Source: Octopus sinensis
Lineage: Eukaryota
Reading direction: 5' to 3'
Assembly: GCF_006345805.1 (NCBI RefSeq)
Contig: NC_043025.1
Span: forward strand, 1,922,001 to 1,986,000
DNA length: 64,000 bases
In this document: positions 27,946 to 40,151 of the stretch, one piece after another
Numbering within the stretch: the first letter of the stretch is position 1
How the letters are laid out: the number at the start of each line of letters is the position of its first letter
Translations under genes and position numbers: made by a program
Notes under the pieces: model-generated
Told to the model about the DNA's origin: nothing
Seen by the model: only the letters and a program-made list of their open reading frames with translations
Databases searched by the model: none

Positions 27946-28479
27946 CAGCATACATTAGAGGATCGTCACACTAATATGCAAGCATACTACAGCTCTACAG
28001 CAGACTACAGCAACACACATACATACTAAAACACAATTACACACACACAACACTATCCCATACTATAGCTTCATACTGCAGTGCAGTAGCATAGCCTAGG
28101 GTATGCAGAATGTGTAGTCCACAGAAGGCATCCACTTTGAATGGGGGTGGCAGACAAATATTGGAGGCATGTTACATTTCAAGATAGGGGTGGCTAATTT
28201 GGCTATTACAAAGGAAAGGGTGTTCAAAACACATGCTATGACACGGCCGCAACCATACAACATCACATGCCACAATAACATCATGGGCAAGCCAATGAGC
28301 AAGCTTGCACATGGTGGCTTGGTTTGCTAAAAATAGCAACCAAGTTTCCATCAAGTCTTTAAAAAGAACATATTGAATGGATAATGTGATATTTGAGTTC
28401 CGTGCATAAAGAAAAAAGTCTGGATAGTCATATCTGGAACCCCATTAATCATAGGTCTGATTGCTCCATCACCATCACC

Positions 28480-29030
28480 ACCACCACCACCACCACCACC
28501 ACAACACCAGCAATATCTTCACCATTAAAACTACTACCACTACAACAACAACACCATCACAAACATCACCACTAACACCAACACCACCAACAACAACACC
28601 AACACCACCACCACCACCACCACCACCACCACAACACCAGCAATATCATCACCATTAAAACTACTACCACTACAACAACAACACCATCACAAACATCACC
28701 ACTAACACCAACACCACCACCACCACCACCACACCACCACAACAACACCAGCAATATCATCACCATTAAAACTACTACCACTACAACAACATAATCATCA
28801 CAAACATCACCACCAACACCACCACCAACACCAACACCAACACCACCACCACCAACACCACCACCACCAACACCAACACCAACACCACCACCACCAACAC
28901 CAACACCACCACCACCACCACCAACAACAACAACACCAACACCACTACCACCACCACCAACACCAACACCACCACCACCACCACCAACACCGACACCACC
29001 ACCACCACCACCACCAACACCACCACCATA
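28480..29030. repeat. (ACC/AAC)n repeat with a higher-order unit x3
   Basis: acaacaccagcaatatc recurs at 28501, 28631 and 28742. Confidence 0.9.
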
Positions 29031-29109
29031 GCTATCATACCGCAACACTGCCATTTTACAAACTCTTCACTTCTTGAACAGGGCTGACTTGGGGTCAACC
29101 CGGAGACAG

Positions 29110-29290
29110 ACGCCGATCAAATTTTATGCATAGATCATCAGTGAAGGTATCTGTGACATAGTTCTGCTGAACAGACAAGTGACTATTGATGGAGTAGAAA
29201 ATGTTATTGAAATTAGCCAAGGCTCCGTCTACAAAATCCTAAACTGCTGTCTTAGCTTTGATAGAGTTTTCTGCAAGATGGATCTCAAAA
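29110..29290 (+). pseudogene. Mariner transposase N-terminal fragment
   Basis: Translates NRQVTIDGVENVIEISQGSVYKILNCCLSFDRVFCKMDLK, similar to the mariner HTH region DRRVT..VA..L.ISHGS...I....LGF.KV..RWVP. Confidence 0.6.
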
Positions 29291-29559
29291 CAACAACAGT
29301 AACAGAAACACCATATATTATGCAACTATGCAACATGACTATATTATAACAACACAGATACTACGTGAGTCAAGCACTTCTATATTATCACTATCACCTT
29401 GTCGCTTGATCTGCTAGAAAGAGTAAGAAATGGTAGCCAAATATCTCTCTCAAATCAGATTCTTTAAGAAAGCTAGGAACAATGAACATATTGGGTGATG
29501 TAGTCCTAGATATATTAAGTCAGGATAAAAGATAAGATGATTTTGGGACCTGCTTGATC

Positions 29560-29785
29560 AGGAGTGATCTGGTCCTGCACAACAAAAACAACAACAACAG
29601 AATTGTCATAATTATCATTATCATCAATATCATCATCATCATCACCATTATCATCATCATCATCATCATCGCCGTCGTTGTTGTCATCGCTGTCGTCGTC
29701 ATCCTTATTACCATTGTCATCGCCGTTGTAGTTGTCATCATCATCATCATCACTATTGTCATCGTCGTCATCATGATCATGGTAC
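29560..29785. repeat. (CAT/CGT)n microsatellite
   Basis: Imperfect ATC/GTC trinucleotide run. Confidence 0.9.
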
Positions 29786-30027
29786 TGCATTGAAGGGGTT
29801 TTATATTTATATATATATGTGTGTGTATGTATGTATTACAGTTGGTCGTATCAACCCCAATATTTACTTTAATTTTGGTACTTATTCTACAGGTATCTAC
29901 ACAACTACACAACTACTTTTTTTGCCAAAAACAGAGTCCAATAGAGAATGCAAGCCAACCTACACCTGTTATCAAATGATAAGAAGCACACACATGCATG
30001 CACAGACACACTCACACACACATATAA

Positions 30028-30232
30028 ATGAGAAGTTGTTGAAAAGTTCCTGGATTTTGGTAAAAGAAGATACAGTTAAGATTTTACTCAACATATTCCC
30101 TTCTCACATTCACACACTTTTTGCAGCGGTCCTTCAGTTTTTCTAAGTCCTGTAAAAGAACTCAGAATGTTGGGCCTCCATCAGGCCTTTCATGATAGCT
30201 TTAAAGCCAGGAACTTTTAGCACCCCGTGTGT
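30028..30232. mobile_element. Mariner-type MITE (decayed)
   Basis: gttgaaaagttcctggatttt ... ttaaagccaggaacttttagcacccc form an inverted pair; the internal sequence matches 46666-46887. Confidence 0.7.
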
Positions 30233-30993
30233 ATGTATATATATATATATGTGTGTGTGTATATATATATGTATGTGTGTGCACCCCCCACACACACACA
30301 TATATTTGCATGTATGCATGTATGTATGTATGCATAAATGACAGACTTCGGTACAGCTTCTGTCAGACAAGTTCACCCTCAAGGCATCAGTAGATCTGGA
30401 GCTAAAGTATAGGCCACTTGCACAAGGTACTAAACACATTTATGTGTTTTTCCCCCTGTTAGAAACAGCAACAAAATCTTCCTTGAGTTATACCCTACCG
30501 TCTTAAAAATGGATAATAGGTTTCTGAGTTCCCAAGGAGAAAAGAAGAAGGATTACCAATGATCCTTTGGAGAGCTTCCGAGTAAGGAGAAGGAGGGAGA
30601 GAAGGAAGGGAGGGAAGAGGAGGGAGGATGTAGACTCTTCCTTGTCTTTCTCATTTGGAAAGCCATGATTGGAATGCCTTGGGTCATGAGTTTTCTCAGT
30701 CAAGGTCGATCTTGAGCTAAATAGCAACAACATGAACTACACAACTACACAATTCACACAACATGCAATGAGCACACATGCAGTATATATATATATATAT
30801 ATATATTATGTGAAATAGAAAGATGAATAATCTTGTTGCAGATTAATCAAAAGTTTAACCGATACCTTGGTAGCAAAAATCACAGCAGAAGACAGCATGG
30901 TTGGAGGTACAACCATATGGTGTTGCAACCGTGCGTTGGTGTGGATAATTGAATTTTAATATTTTTAGTGAATTGAAGAAATGGAGTTGAATG

Positions 30994-31093
30994 NNNNNNN
31001 NNNNNNNNNNNNNNNNNNNNNNNNNNNNNNNNNNNNNNNNNNNNNNNNNNNNNNNNNNNNNNNNNNNNNNNNNNNNNNNNNNNNNNNNNNNNN
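30994..31093. other. Assembly gap (100 N)
   Basis: Run of n; the PLE 5' part is lost in the gap. Confidence 1.
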
Positions 31094-32445
31094 ATTTACG
31101 TCCTTCCCTAAATCCACAAACCCAACAACCCTGGCCGCCCCGTCGTCTCCGTCTGTAACTGCTCCACGGAACTGATCTCTAAATACCTTGACTGTGGATT
31201 TCCTCCTCTCACACATCCACAACACTAACCATGCTCTCCCTCTCTTTAACTCTTCCTCCTTCCCTTTTGGCCTCTAAACTTCTCTTCACTCTTGATATCA
31301 AGAGTCTATATACGGTGATCCCACACCATGAAGGACTTCTTGCCGTCAAACACTTCCTAAACCTTCAACCCAACCCTCAACCTGACACGTCCACACTTCG
31401 TCTGGCCAAACCTGTTCTCTCCCTTAACTGCTTCTCGTTCGGGAGTTTTACCAACAAGGCTCAGGAGTGGCCATAGGAACAAAAATGGGTCCCACTATGT
31501 GAACCTGTTCGTTGGCTACGTTGAGACCCAAATATTTTCAGGATTCACTGGTCCCACTGCCGAACTATATGGTCATTGTATTGATGACTGTATTGGTGCT
31601 GACCTCGCTCTCCCACAAACAGTTACACTCCTTCCTCTCCTTTGTTCAATCTTTCCACCCTGTCCTCGAATTCCCCTGCACCATTTCCAACATTTCCGTC
31701 GCCTTTCTCGACATTTCGGTCAACATACACAACTCCACTCTCACTACCTCCATCCAATACTAACACACAAACTCACACTCATACCTCAACTTCTCCTCCT
31801 CCCACCCTATCCACAGCAAGCTTTTTATCACCTGCTCCCAATTCTTCCATCTGCGCAGGCTCTGCAGTTACAACCATGACTTTGAGACTCAGTCTCAACT
31901 CATGGCTCGCCACTTCATCCTTCGTGGATATCCTCTCACCACTATCCACACCGCCCTTGCCAGAGCACGATCTGTGGACCTACCTCTGCTCTCTCTCTCC
32001 CTCCCTGCACCCATCGTGTCGTTACCCGTCACCCGTTTCCTCTCACCTATACCCCCTCCACCCTGCCTCTCACCTACCATCCCTCCACCCTGCCTCTCCA
32101 ACGCACCATTCTTCGAACCTTGCGGTGACTCCACTCCGAGCCCTCCACTTCACTGATTCCTTTATATGAACTTCTAGCCACGTCATTTACTGCATCTTCT
32201 GCTCTTTCTGTCCTCTGTGCATTGGTTAAACGGGACGCCACTTGGCTGACCGGTTCGTGGTGCACCTCCGAGACAATAGACTCGGCAATGACATCCTGGT
32301 CTCGCCCCATTTCCACTCTACCAGTCATTTATTACAACACTTGTCTGTGTTTGGATTGTCTTTGCACAGAGGCCATCCAGACTCCTGCCTTCACCGTGAT
32401 CAGGAATTAATCTCTCTTCGCTCCTTTGCACCACATGGGCTCAAC
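31094..32445 (+). pseudogene. Penelope-like element RT plus GIY-YIG (decayed)
   Basis: Peptides across frameshifts: KIHKPNNPGRPVVS, LFTLDIKSLYTVIPH, NLFVGYVE, HCIDDCIG, VAFLDISV, HSYLNFSSSHP, FILRGYP, SHVIYCIFC..CIG*TGRHLADRFVVH, DQELI..FAPHGLN. Confidence 0.88.
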
Positions 32446-33109
32446 TCTCTCCCCTCTTCATTTGACTCTCCTCCTCTCCTCCTCTCCTCTCTTCATTTCA
32501 CACCTACATCCTCTTTTCATTCCTATCCACCTCTCCCTTCCTCTCCTCTCTTGCCCTGACACCTACCTCCTCTCTTCCCTCCTACCCACCCTCTCCCTTC
32601 ATCGTTACCCCCTCCTCTGACACCCAACCCACACATCCCAACCGCATCACCCCATTCCACCTCCATATCCCACACCCACATGCACCACCCTACCTCCACA
32701 TCCTCACCCAAACTCACACCCTACCCTCACATCCCCACACCCTTCTCTCGCATCTCCACACCTCAACATCGCCACACCACCACACCATAGCATGCTACAC
32801 CACACATCATCATATCACATCACCCCACCCCACCGCACACCACCCCACACACACTAGCACTGACAACTTCCCAGCACCCACACCATCATCCACACACCCA
32901 CACATTACAGAGGCACACACATACGCATACATCCACATGTCAAATTCACCAGCTCCTTTCTATTTGCACAAACACACACTTTCACATACACAAGCGCACG
33001 CGTACCTTCGTTTTGGGATCACCAATACTTTATTATCTCCCCTTCTTCCTAGCTCTCCTAACAACCTCTGTCCAGCCAGTCTCCATGATTGACCGCTAGC
33101 TCCAAAGTT

Positions 33110-33400
33110 TTTTTTCTCTCTGCTTATTTCATCGTGTTCCTTTCCGTTGAGGAGTGTAGGCTCGAAACGTAAAAGACTTTCTCACCTTCCCAAGTGTTAA
33201 ACTAATACACCTGTTTGTTGTTTATACACCTGTCTTCGTTTCCTGTTTTTCTAGCCACTACACACATTTTTTCTCTCCTTGTTTTTTCTGTGTCCCTTTC
33301 TGTAGAAGAGCGTAGACTCGAAACGTAAAAGACTTTTTCTATTCCTGAGCATACACTAATAATCTGTTGCCTTCGTCTCTTGTTTTTCGTAAACTTTCCC
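33110..33400 (+). mobile_element. PLE 3' pseudo-LTR-like region with two tandem hammerhead-like motifs
   Basis: cttt-ccgttga-g-gagtgtaggctc-gaaac-gta-aaag at 33140-33175 and cttt-ctgtaga-a-gagcgtagactc-gaaac-gta-aaag at 33296-33331. Lies downstream of the PLE ORF and ends at (TA)n. Confidence 0.65.
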
Positions 33401-33411
33401 TATATATATAT

Positions 33412-33491
<80 letters not shown>

Positions 33492-33507
33492 TATATATAT
33501 ATAGTAT

Positions 33508-34499
33508 ATGGCGATGTACTCGCTAGAAATTGATTTGATCTGAGATCGTGTGCTGGAACGAAAAACATTGCAGCGGGAAGGTGTTTGTAAGCCATTTAAG
33601 AAACACACAAAAGCCGTTCGATTCACTTCCACGCTGCAATTGTTATATATATATATATGAATATATATGTAATATAATTGAAAACTTGGAGTCAACAAGG
33701 AGTTCTGTTGGACTTTTATTTTTTAATCATTACAATTGTTTCCACACAACGTAGTTCTCGAGGCGTGTAGGAACTTGATTATATAACTGTTTCTCTGCAT
33801 CATGAGATCTAGTTGTGTTTCCTCAGGCGATATGTAAATATTGTCTCCATAAGTTCAAAATCCTCAGCTTCAAGATTATCCTTTCTGTGTGTCGGGATCC
33901 GAATTTAGTGGAAGTCACTGAGTTTATTAGGGTATGTTACTTCTGAAGGACCTTCAGCAACCACACGTCCTGATAAACTTTTCAGTTATCTATTCGCACA
34001 CGACAGCTGACCAAACGCAAAACCGGAAGTACGTATAATACTACTGCTGGGCAACACAGGGTGAAATCTGAATGCGGACGAGCTTTATACTGTACTCTAC
34101 TCTACTGCGTTCTTCACAAAATATATGTATGTAATATATATATATATGTATGTATGTATGTATGTAGTATGTATGTATGTATGTATGTATGTATGTATGT
34201 ATGTATATATTATGTATGTATGTATGTATGTATATATATATATTTATTGATATTTATGTATTTATTATATGTTTATTATATATCCATATGCAATATGGGT
34301 ACAGGACCTCACCAACAGTAAACAAACAACATGAAATACGAAAACAAATGAGTTCAATACGCGAACAATGAGAGAAACAAAGGGAAAACAGGACAATTAA
34401 CATAAAGAACGACTCTTCGTCAGTTGTCAGCTGTCTATTTACCCTACTTTCAAGCATTGAACGACAATACATCATACATGCATACATACATATTATATA

Positions 34500-34547
<48 letters not shown>

Positions 34548-34835
34548 TATATATATATATAGTGTTCTGTCCTCTGCCTTCGAAACATGCTTGACTCTAC
34601 TAGCGACAGCTGATGACGGGGGTTTTTTCTTTGTAGCACCTCCTGTAACTGTTTTTTTCGTTTTCTTGTTTTTTGTCTTTTGATTTTCCGGTTTCTACTC
34701 TTATTGTGGTGTCCTGTACTCACGTATAATTATTTATATATGCATGCATATATACATGTAGATGTAGGTACTACATATATGTTTGTATGTATGCATATAT
34801 TTTTTATTTCACATATATATATATATATATATATC

Positions 34836-34882
<47 letters not shown>

Positions 34883-35511
34883 CTATATGGCGATGTACTC
34901 GCATAGAAATGATTTGATCTGAGATCGTGTGCTGGAACGAAAACAATTGCAGCGTGGAAGGTGTTTGTAAGCCATTTAAGAAACACACAAAAGCCGTTCG
35001 ATTCACTTCCACGCTGCAATTGTTATATATATATATATGAATATATATGTAATATAATTGAAAACTTGGAGTCAACAGGAGTTCTGTTGGACTTTTATTT
35101 TTTAATCATTACAATTGTTTCCACACAACGTATCTCGAGGCGTGTAGGAACTTGATTATATAACTTTTGTTCTCTGCATCATGAGATCTAGTTGTGTTTT
35201 CCTCAGGCGATATGTAAATATTGTCTCCATAAGTTCAAAATCCTCAGCTTCAAGATTATCCTTTCTGTGTGTCGGGATCCGAATTTAGTGGAAGTCACTG
35301 AGTTTATTAGGGTATGTTACTTCTGAAGGACTTCAGCAACCACACGTCCTGATAACTTTTCAGTTATCTATTCGCACACGACAGCTGACCAAACGCAAAA
35401 CCGGAAGTACGTATAATACTACTGCTGGGCAACACAGGGTGAAATCTGAATGCGGACGAGCTTTATACTGTACTCTACTGCGTTCTTCACAAAATATATG
35501 TATGTATATAA

Positions 35512-35547
<36 letters not shown>

Positions 35548-35577
35548 TGTATGTATGTATGTATGTATGTATGTATG

Positions 35578-35608
<31 letters not shown>

Positions 35609-35874
35609 ATATATATATTTATTGATATGTATGTATTTATGTATATGTTTATTTATATATACATATGCATATATGGGTACAGGACCTCACCAACAGTAAA
35701 CAAACAACATGAAATACGAAAACAAATGAGTTCAATACGCGAACAATGAGAGAAACAAATGGAAAACAGGACAAGTAACATAAAGAACGACTCTTCGTCA
35801 GTTGTCAGCTGTCTATTTACTCCTACTTTCAAGCATTGAACGACAATACATACATACATGCATACATACATATT

Positions 35875-35931
<57 letters not shown>

Positions 35932-36200
35932 ATATATATAGTTGTCTGTCTCTGCCTTCGAAACATGCTTGACTCTACTAGCGACAGCTGATGACGGGGG
36001 TTTTTTCCTTGTGTAGCACCTCCTGTAACTGTTTTTTTTTTTTTTCTTGTTTTTTGTCTTTTGATTTTCGGTTGGTTTCTACGTCTTATTGTGGTGTCCT
36101 GTACTCAAGTATAATTATTTATATTGCATGCATATATACATGTAGATGTAGGTACGTACATATATGTTTGTATGTATGCATAATTTTTATTTATCACATA
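33508..36200. repeat. ~1.38 kb tandem duplication (33508-34815 and 34887-36200)
   Basis: atggcgatgtactcgc at 33508 and 34887; near-identical, colinear units separated by (TA)n. Confidence 0.93.
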
Positions 36201-36230
36201 TATATTATATATATATATATCTATATAGAT

Positions 36231-36264
<34 letters not shown>

Positions 36265-36351
36265 CTAATCCAAACATGAAAACACAATAACGCGAAGACG
36301 TGGAACAAGTATAGTATTATTGGACGCTGAGGAAAGAAGGAAAGAAGGAGG

Positions 36352-36386
36352 GTTTAACGTTTCGAGCGGAGCTCTTCGTCAGAAAC
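36352..36386 (-). ncRNA. Minimal type-I hammerhead ribozyme motif
   Basis: GUUU-CUGACGA-A-GAGC(UCC)GCUC-GAAAC-GUU-AAAC: stem I 4 bp, stem II 4 bp, intact core, palindromic AACGUU stem III. Confidence 0.75.
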
Positions 36387-36757
36387 ATAGGAAAAGGAAA
36401 GATCCAAAGAAGGGAAGACGGAGGGAAAAAATCGCCAACGGTACACACGCGGTCACATATATATATACACAAACGTATATGCTGGTATGGATACATATAA
36501 TCTATAATCTTCTGTATTCTCTAACAAATGTCCCGATTCCAGAGATAGAAAATAATGCGTGGTGGACAGAGGATATAACAGATGTTTTTAATGTTTATTC
36601 TTAGTAAGAGTGGTGAGATGGGTTCAAATCCCACCCTATCCCTTTCATTCTATTCTGGGACGTGGTTGGTTTGGATAAATATTTAATTTAATTTTCTAAT
36701 GTGGTGTTTGTGTTCAGACAAGGCAAATATCCTAGGGGAAAACTCATATTCGGATGT

Positions 36758-36789
<32 letters not shown>

Positions 36790-37084
36790 GGAATGTGTGT
36801 GTGAGACAGTCTGTGTATGTGCGTATGTCTTTCTTTTCTTTATGTGTGCGCGTGCATATAAGTGTGTGTGCATGCGTATGTTGTGTGTCTGTGTTCCTAT
36901 GTATGGATATATATGCGCGCGTGTGTGTATGTGTGTGTGTGCGCTTGTGTATTATGTATCTATGTACATATGTGAGTTGTGAGTGTGTGTGTAATTATAC
37001 AGAAAGTAAAAAGAAAGAAAGAAGGAAGGAATGTACGTCTTATGTTTGTAGTAAATTTAGCAGATCTAATGATGAGTCAACATA

Positions 37085-37750
37085 GACAACGGTGGTAGTG
37101 GTGGTGATGTGGTAGCGGCGGCGGTGGTGGTGGTGGCAGTGGTTGTTGCAGAGGAGTGATAGTGGCAGTCCTGGTGGTAGTGGAGTGATAGTGGTAGTAG
37201 TTGGTGGTAGTTGTGGTAGTAGCTGTGTTGGCAGTGGTGGTGGTGGTGATGGTGGTAATGACGGTGGTGCTAGTGGTGATGGTGATGTGGTAGCGGTGGT
37301 GGTGGTGGTGGTGGTAGTGGTACTAGTGGTGATGGTGATGTGGTAGCGGTGGTGGTGGTGGTGATGGTAGTGATTGTTGCAGAGGAGTGACAGTGGCAGT
37401 GGTAGTGGAGTGATAGTGGTAGTAGTTGGTGGTAGTTGTGGTAGTAGCTGTGTTGGCAGTGGTGGTGGTGGTGATGGTGGTAATGACGGTGGTGCTAGTG
37501 GTGATGGTGATGTGGTAGCGGTGGTGGTGGTGGTGGTGGTGGTGATGGTAGTGGTTGTTGCAGAGGAGTGATAGTGGCAGTCGTGGTGGTAGTGGTGGCA
37601 GTGGGTACTAGTTGTGGTAGTAGTTGTGTTGGCAGTGGTGATGGTGGTAGTGGTGGTGGTGGTGGTGGTAGTTGTGGTGGTGGTTGTGTTGGTGTTGGTG
37701 GTGGTGGTGGTGTTGGTGGTGGTGGTGATGGTGGTGGTGGTGGTGGTGGT
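37085..37750. repeat. (GGT)n repeat with an internal higher-order duplication
   Basis: ttgttgcagaggagtga recurs near 37143, 37375 and 37555. Confidence 0.9.
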
Positions 37751-38159
37751 CCTTACCATAGTGGTTTGGCTAGTTGTAATGGTGTCGGGTATCACTGGTG
37801 GTGCTCTTAGTTATGCCTAAAGGTCAGTCCCGGTGAAAGGCCCTCCGACCATGACTGTCTCATACGTACGCAAATACGTACGCAAATATGTATGTATGTA
37901 CGTATGTATGTATCTATGTATGGACGTATATGTATGCACGTATCTATGTATGCACGTATACATGTGTAAGTATGTATGTATATATATATATATATATATA
38001 TATCTGACGACTCCACTAGAGTGGATGCAAGCGCTAATATATGATTTATAAAAACATGTGACATATTAATAAATATCTGTAAATATAAAACCATCCAGAT
38101 TTCTGAGTACCTTATTTCTTCTAATATATAATACCTGTACATCATCTCCAAACCTTCTA

Positions 38160-38189
<30 letters not shown>

Positions 38190-38190
<1 letters not shown>

Positions 38191-38505
38191 GAGGCGCAAT
38201 GGCCCAGTGGTTAGGGCAGCGGGCTCGCGGTCGTAGGATCGTGGTTTCGTCGATTCCCAGACCAGCATTGTGAGTGTTTATTGAACGAAAACACCTAAAG
38301 CTCCACGATGCTCCGGCAGGCGGTGGTGGTGAACCCTGCTGTATTCTTTCACCACAACTTTCACTCTTTCTTCCTGTTTCTGTTGTACCTGTATTTCCTG
38401 TATTTCAAAGGGCCAGCCTTGTCACACTCTGTGTTATGCTGAATCTCCCCGAGAACTATGTTAAGGGTACACGTGACTGTGGAGTGCTCAGCCACTTGCA
38501 CGTAA
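38190..38505 (+). mobile_element. tRNA-derived SINE family C
   Basis: A box tggcccagtgg, B-box-like tcgattcc, and core aagggccagccttgtcacactctgtg...ctcagccacttgcacg. Confidence 0.88.
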
Positions 38506-38784
38506 ATAAATGAGCTGCGACGTCACTGGTGCCAAGCTGTATCGGCCCCTTTGCCTTTCTCTTGGATAAAAATGATAGAGTGGAGAAGGGACACTGGTAT
38601 GCATGGTCGACTGCTGGCTTTCCATAAACAATCTTGTCTAGACTTGTGCCTCGGAGGGTAACGTTAAATCTTCCTTCTTTCTTTCCTTTCCTGAGCGTCC
38701 AATAACACTATACTTGTTCCACGTCCCCACGTTGTTGTTTTCTCTTTATGTTTTCATGTTTGGATTAACTATATATATATATAG

Positions 38785-38959
38785 ATCGTTAGCCACTTCA
38801 CACATTTCTTTCTCTTCTCGTTTTTTTTCTGTGTCCCTTTCTGTAGAAGAGCGTAGGCTCGAAACGTAAAAGACTTTTTCCATTCCTGAGCGTTATACTA
38901 ATACATCTGTTGTTTTCTACACCAACTGTCTTCGTCTTTTGTTTTTCGTAAACTCTTCC

Positions 38960-38960
<1 letters not shown>
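38785..38960 (+). mobile_element. Short PLE-derived unit with hammerhead-like motif
   Basis: Same family as 33260-33400, with the motif at 38837-38872; flanked by (TA)n on both sides. Confidence 0.7.
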
Positions 38961-39058
<98 letters not shown>

Positions 39059-39120
39059 CATACATACATATATATATATGTGTGTGTGTGTGTATGTAGT
39101 ATGTATGTATTAATATATAG

Positions 39121-39157
<37 letters not shown>

Positions 39158-39173
39158 ATATATTATATATAAT

Positions 39174-39215
<42 letters not shown>

Positions 39216-39266
39216 CATACATACATATATATATATATATGTATGTGTGGTGTGTATGTATGTATG

Positions 39267-39302
<36 letters not shown>

Positions 39303-39401
39303 CTATATATTATATATATATATATATATTATAACGGATAGTAAACACATAAATGTGAAAAACAAGGTGGAAAAAGAGTACTCAAATACCAGTGGTAGAG
39401 T

Positions 39402-39490
39402 AATATGCTTTATTTAAAGCAGCAGAAAATTCAACAAAATCTCAGAGTAACAGGTTTTGTTGAATTTCTGCTGCTTTAAATAAAGCATAT
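39402..39490. repeat. Inverted repeat (~37 bp arms)
   Basis: atatgctttatttaaagcagcagaaaattcaacaaaa / ttttgttgaatttctgctgctttaaataaagcatat; the right arm is homologous to 58845-58885. Confidence 0.9.
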
Positions 39491-39736
39491 ATTATATATT
39501 ATATATATAATATATATATATATATATATTATGTGAAATAGAAAGATGAATAATCTTGTAGTAGATTAATCAAAAGTTTAACCGATACCTTAGTAGCAAA
39601 AATCATAGCAGTATATATATATAATCAAAGTAAGCAACAGGGTATCAAGTAGTGATGCAGTACGACTGTTTCAAGTGATTCCATTTAATCGAACAATGCA
39701 AACTTTACATCAATTTTTTACATATAAATATCTCTC

Positions 39737-40107
39737 TCTATATATAAACGGCAGTTTGTCTGTGCGTGTTTCTGTGTGTCTGTTTTCTCGTACCCTCACT
39801 CTGACCATGGCTTTCAACCGATTCTGATGAAACTTGACACACACATAGCCCAATGTCATAATTCAAAACTAACGCAGCGAAAATTTTGAAAAGTTCCCCC
39901 AGTTCTGAAAAAAATCGATAAATTCGACATGGGGTCGAGAATCAGAAACACAAACAGCAAACTGTCTAGGGGACGCAACTCCACCTTTTTTTACTCTAAA
40001 AAAAAATTTACCATCATTTTTTTCCATTTTTTGGCTATAACTCTCTAAAAATGCTTTATAGTTATTTCCCTTACAAACCCGAGCAACGCCGGGCGATACT
40101 GCTGTAT
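39737..40107 (+). mobile_element. Helitron/Helentron-like non-autonomous element (HINE/DINE-like)
   Basis: 5' tctatatataaa start, gtctgt-rich subterminal repeat, internal ccgattctgatgaaacttgacac, and 3' hairpin cccgagcaacgccggg followed by a degenerate ctag-like end. Confidence 0.65.
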
Positions 40108-40117
40108 ATATATATAT

Positions 40118-40151
<34 letters not shown>

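Noticed and set aside
32161-32175. TGA at the conserved Cys of the F-T-C motif before GIY-YIG, suggesting selenocysteine
   Set aside because: It is one substitution from TGC/TGT in an element with other stops and frameshifts; no SECIS was recognised.
34580-34625. cgaaacatg ... ctgatgac as a permuted hammerhead (also at ~35955-36000)
   Set aside because: I could not find pairing stems closing the core in any topology.
38190-38262. tRNA-like head as a true tRNA gene
   Set aside because: No complete cloverleaf or acceptor stem; it continues into the SINE body found many times in the window.
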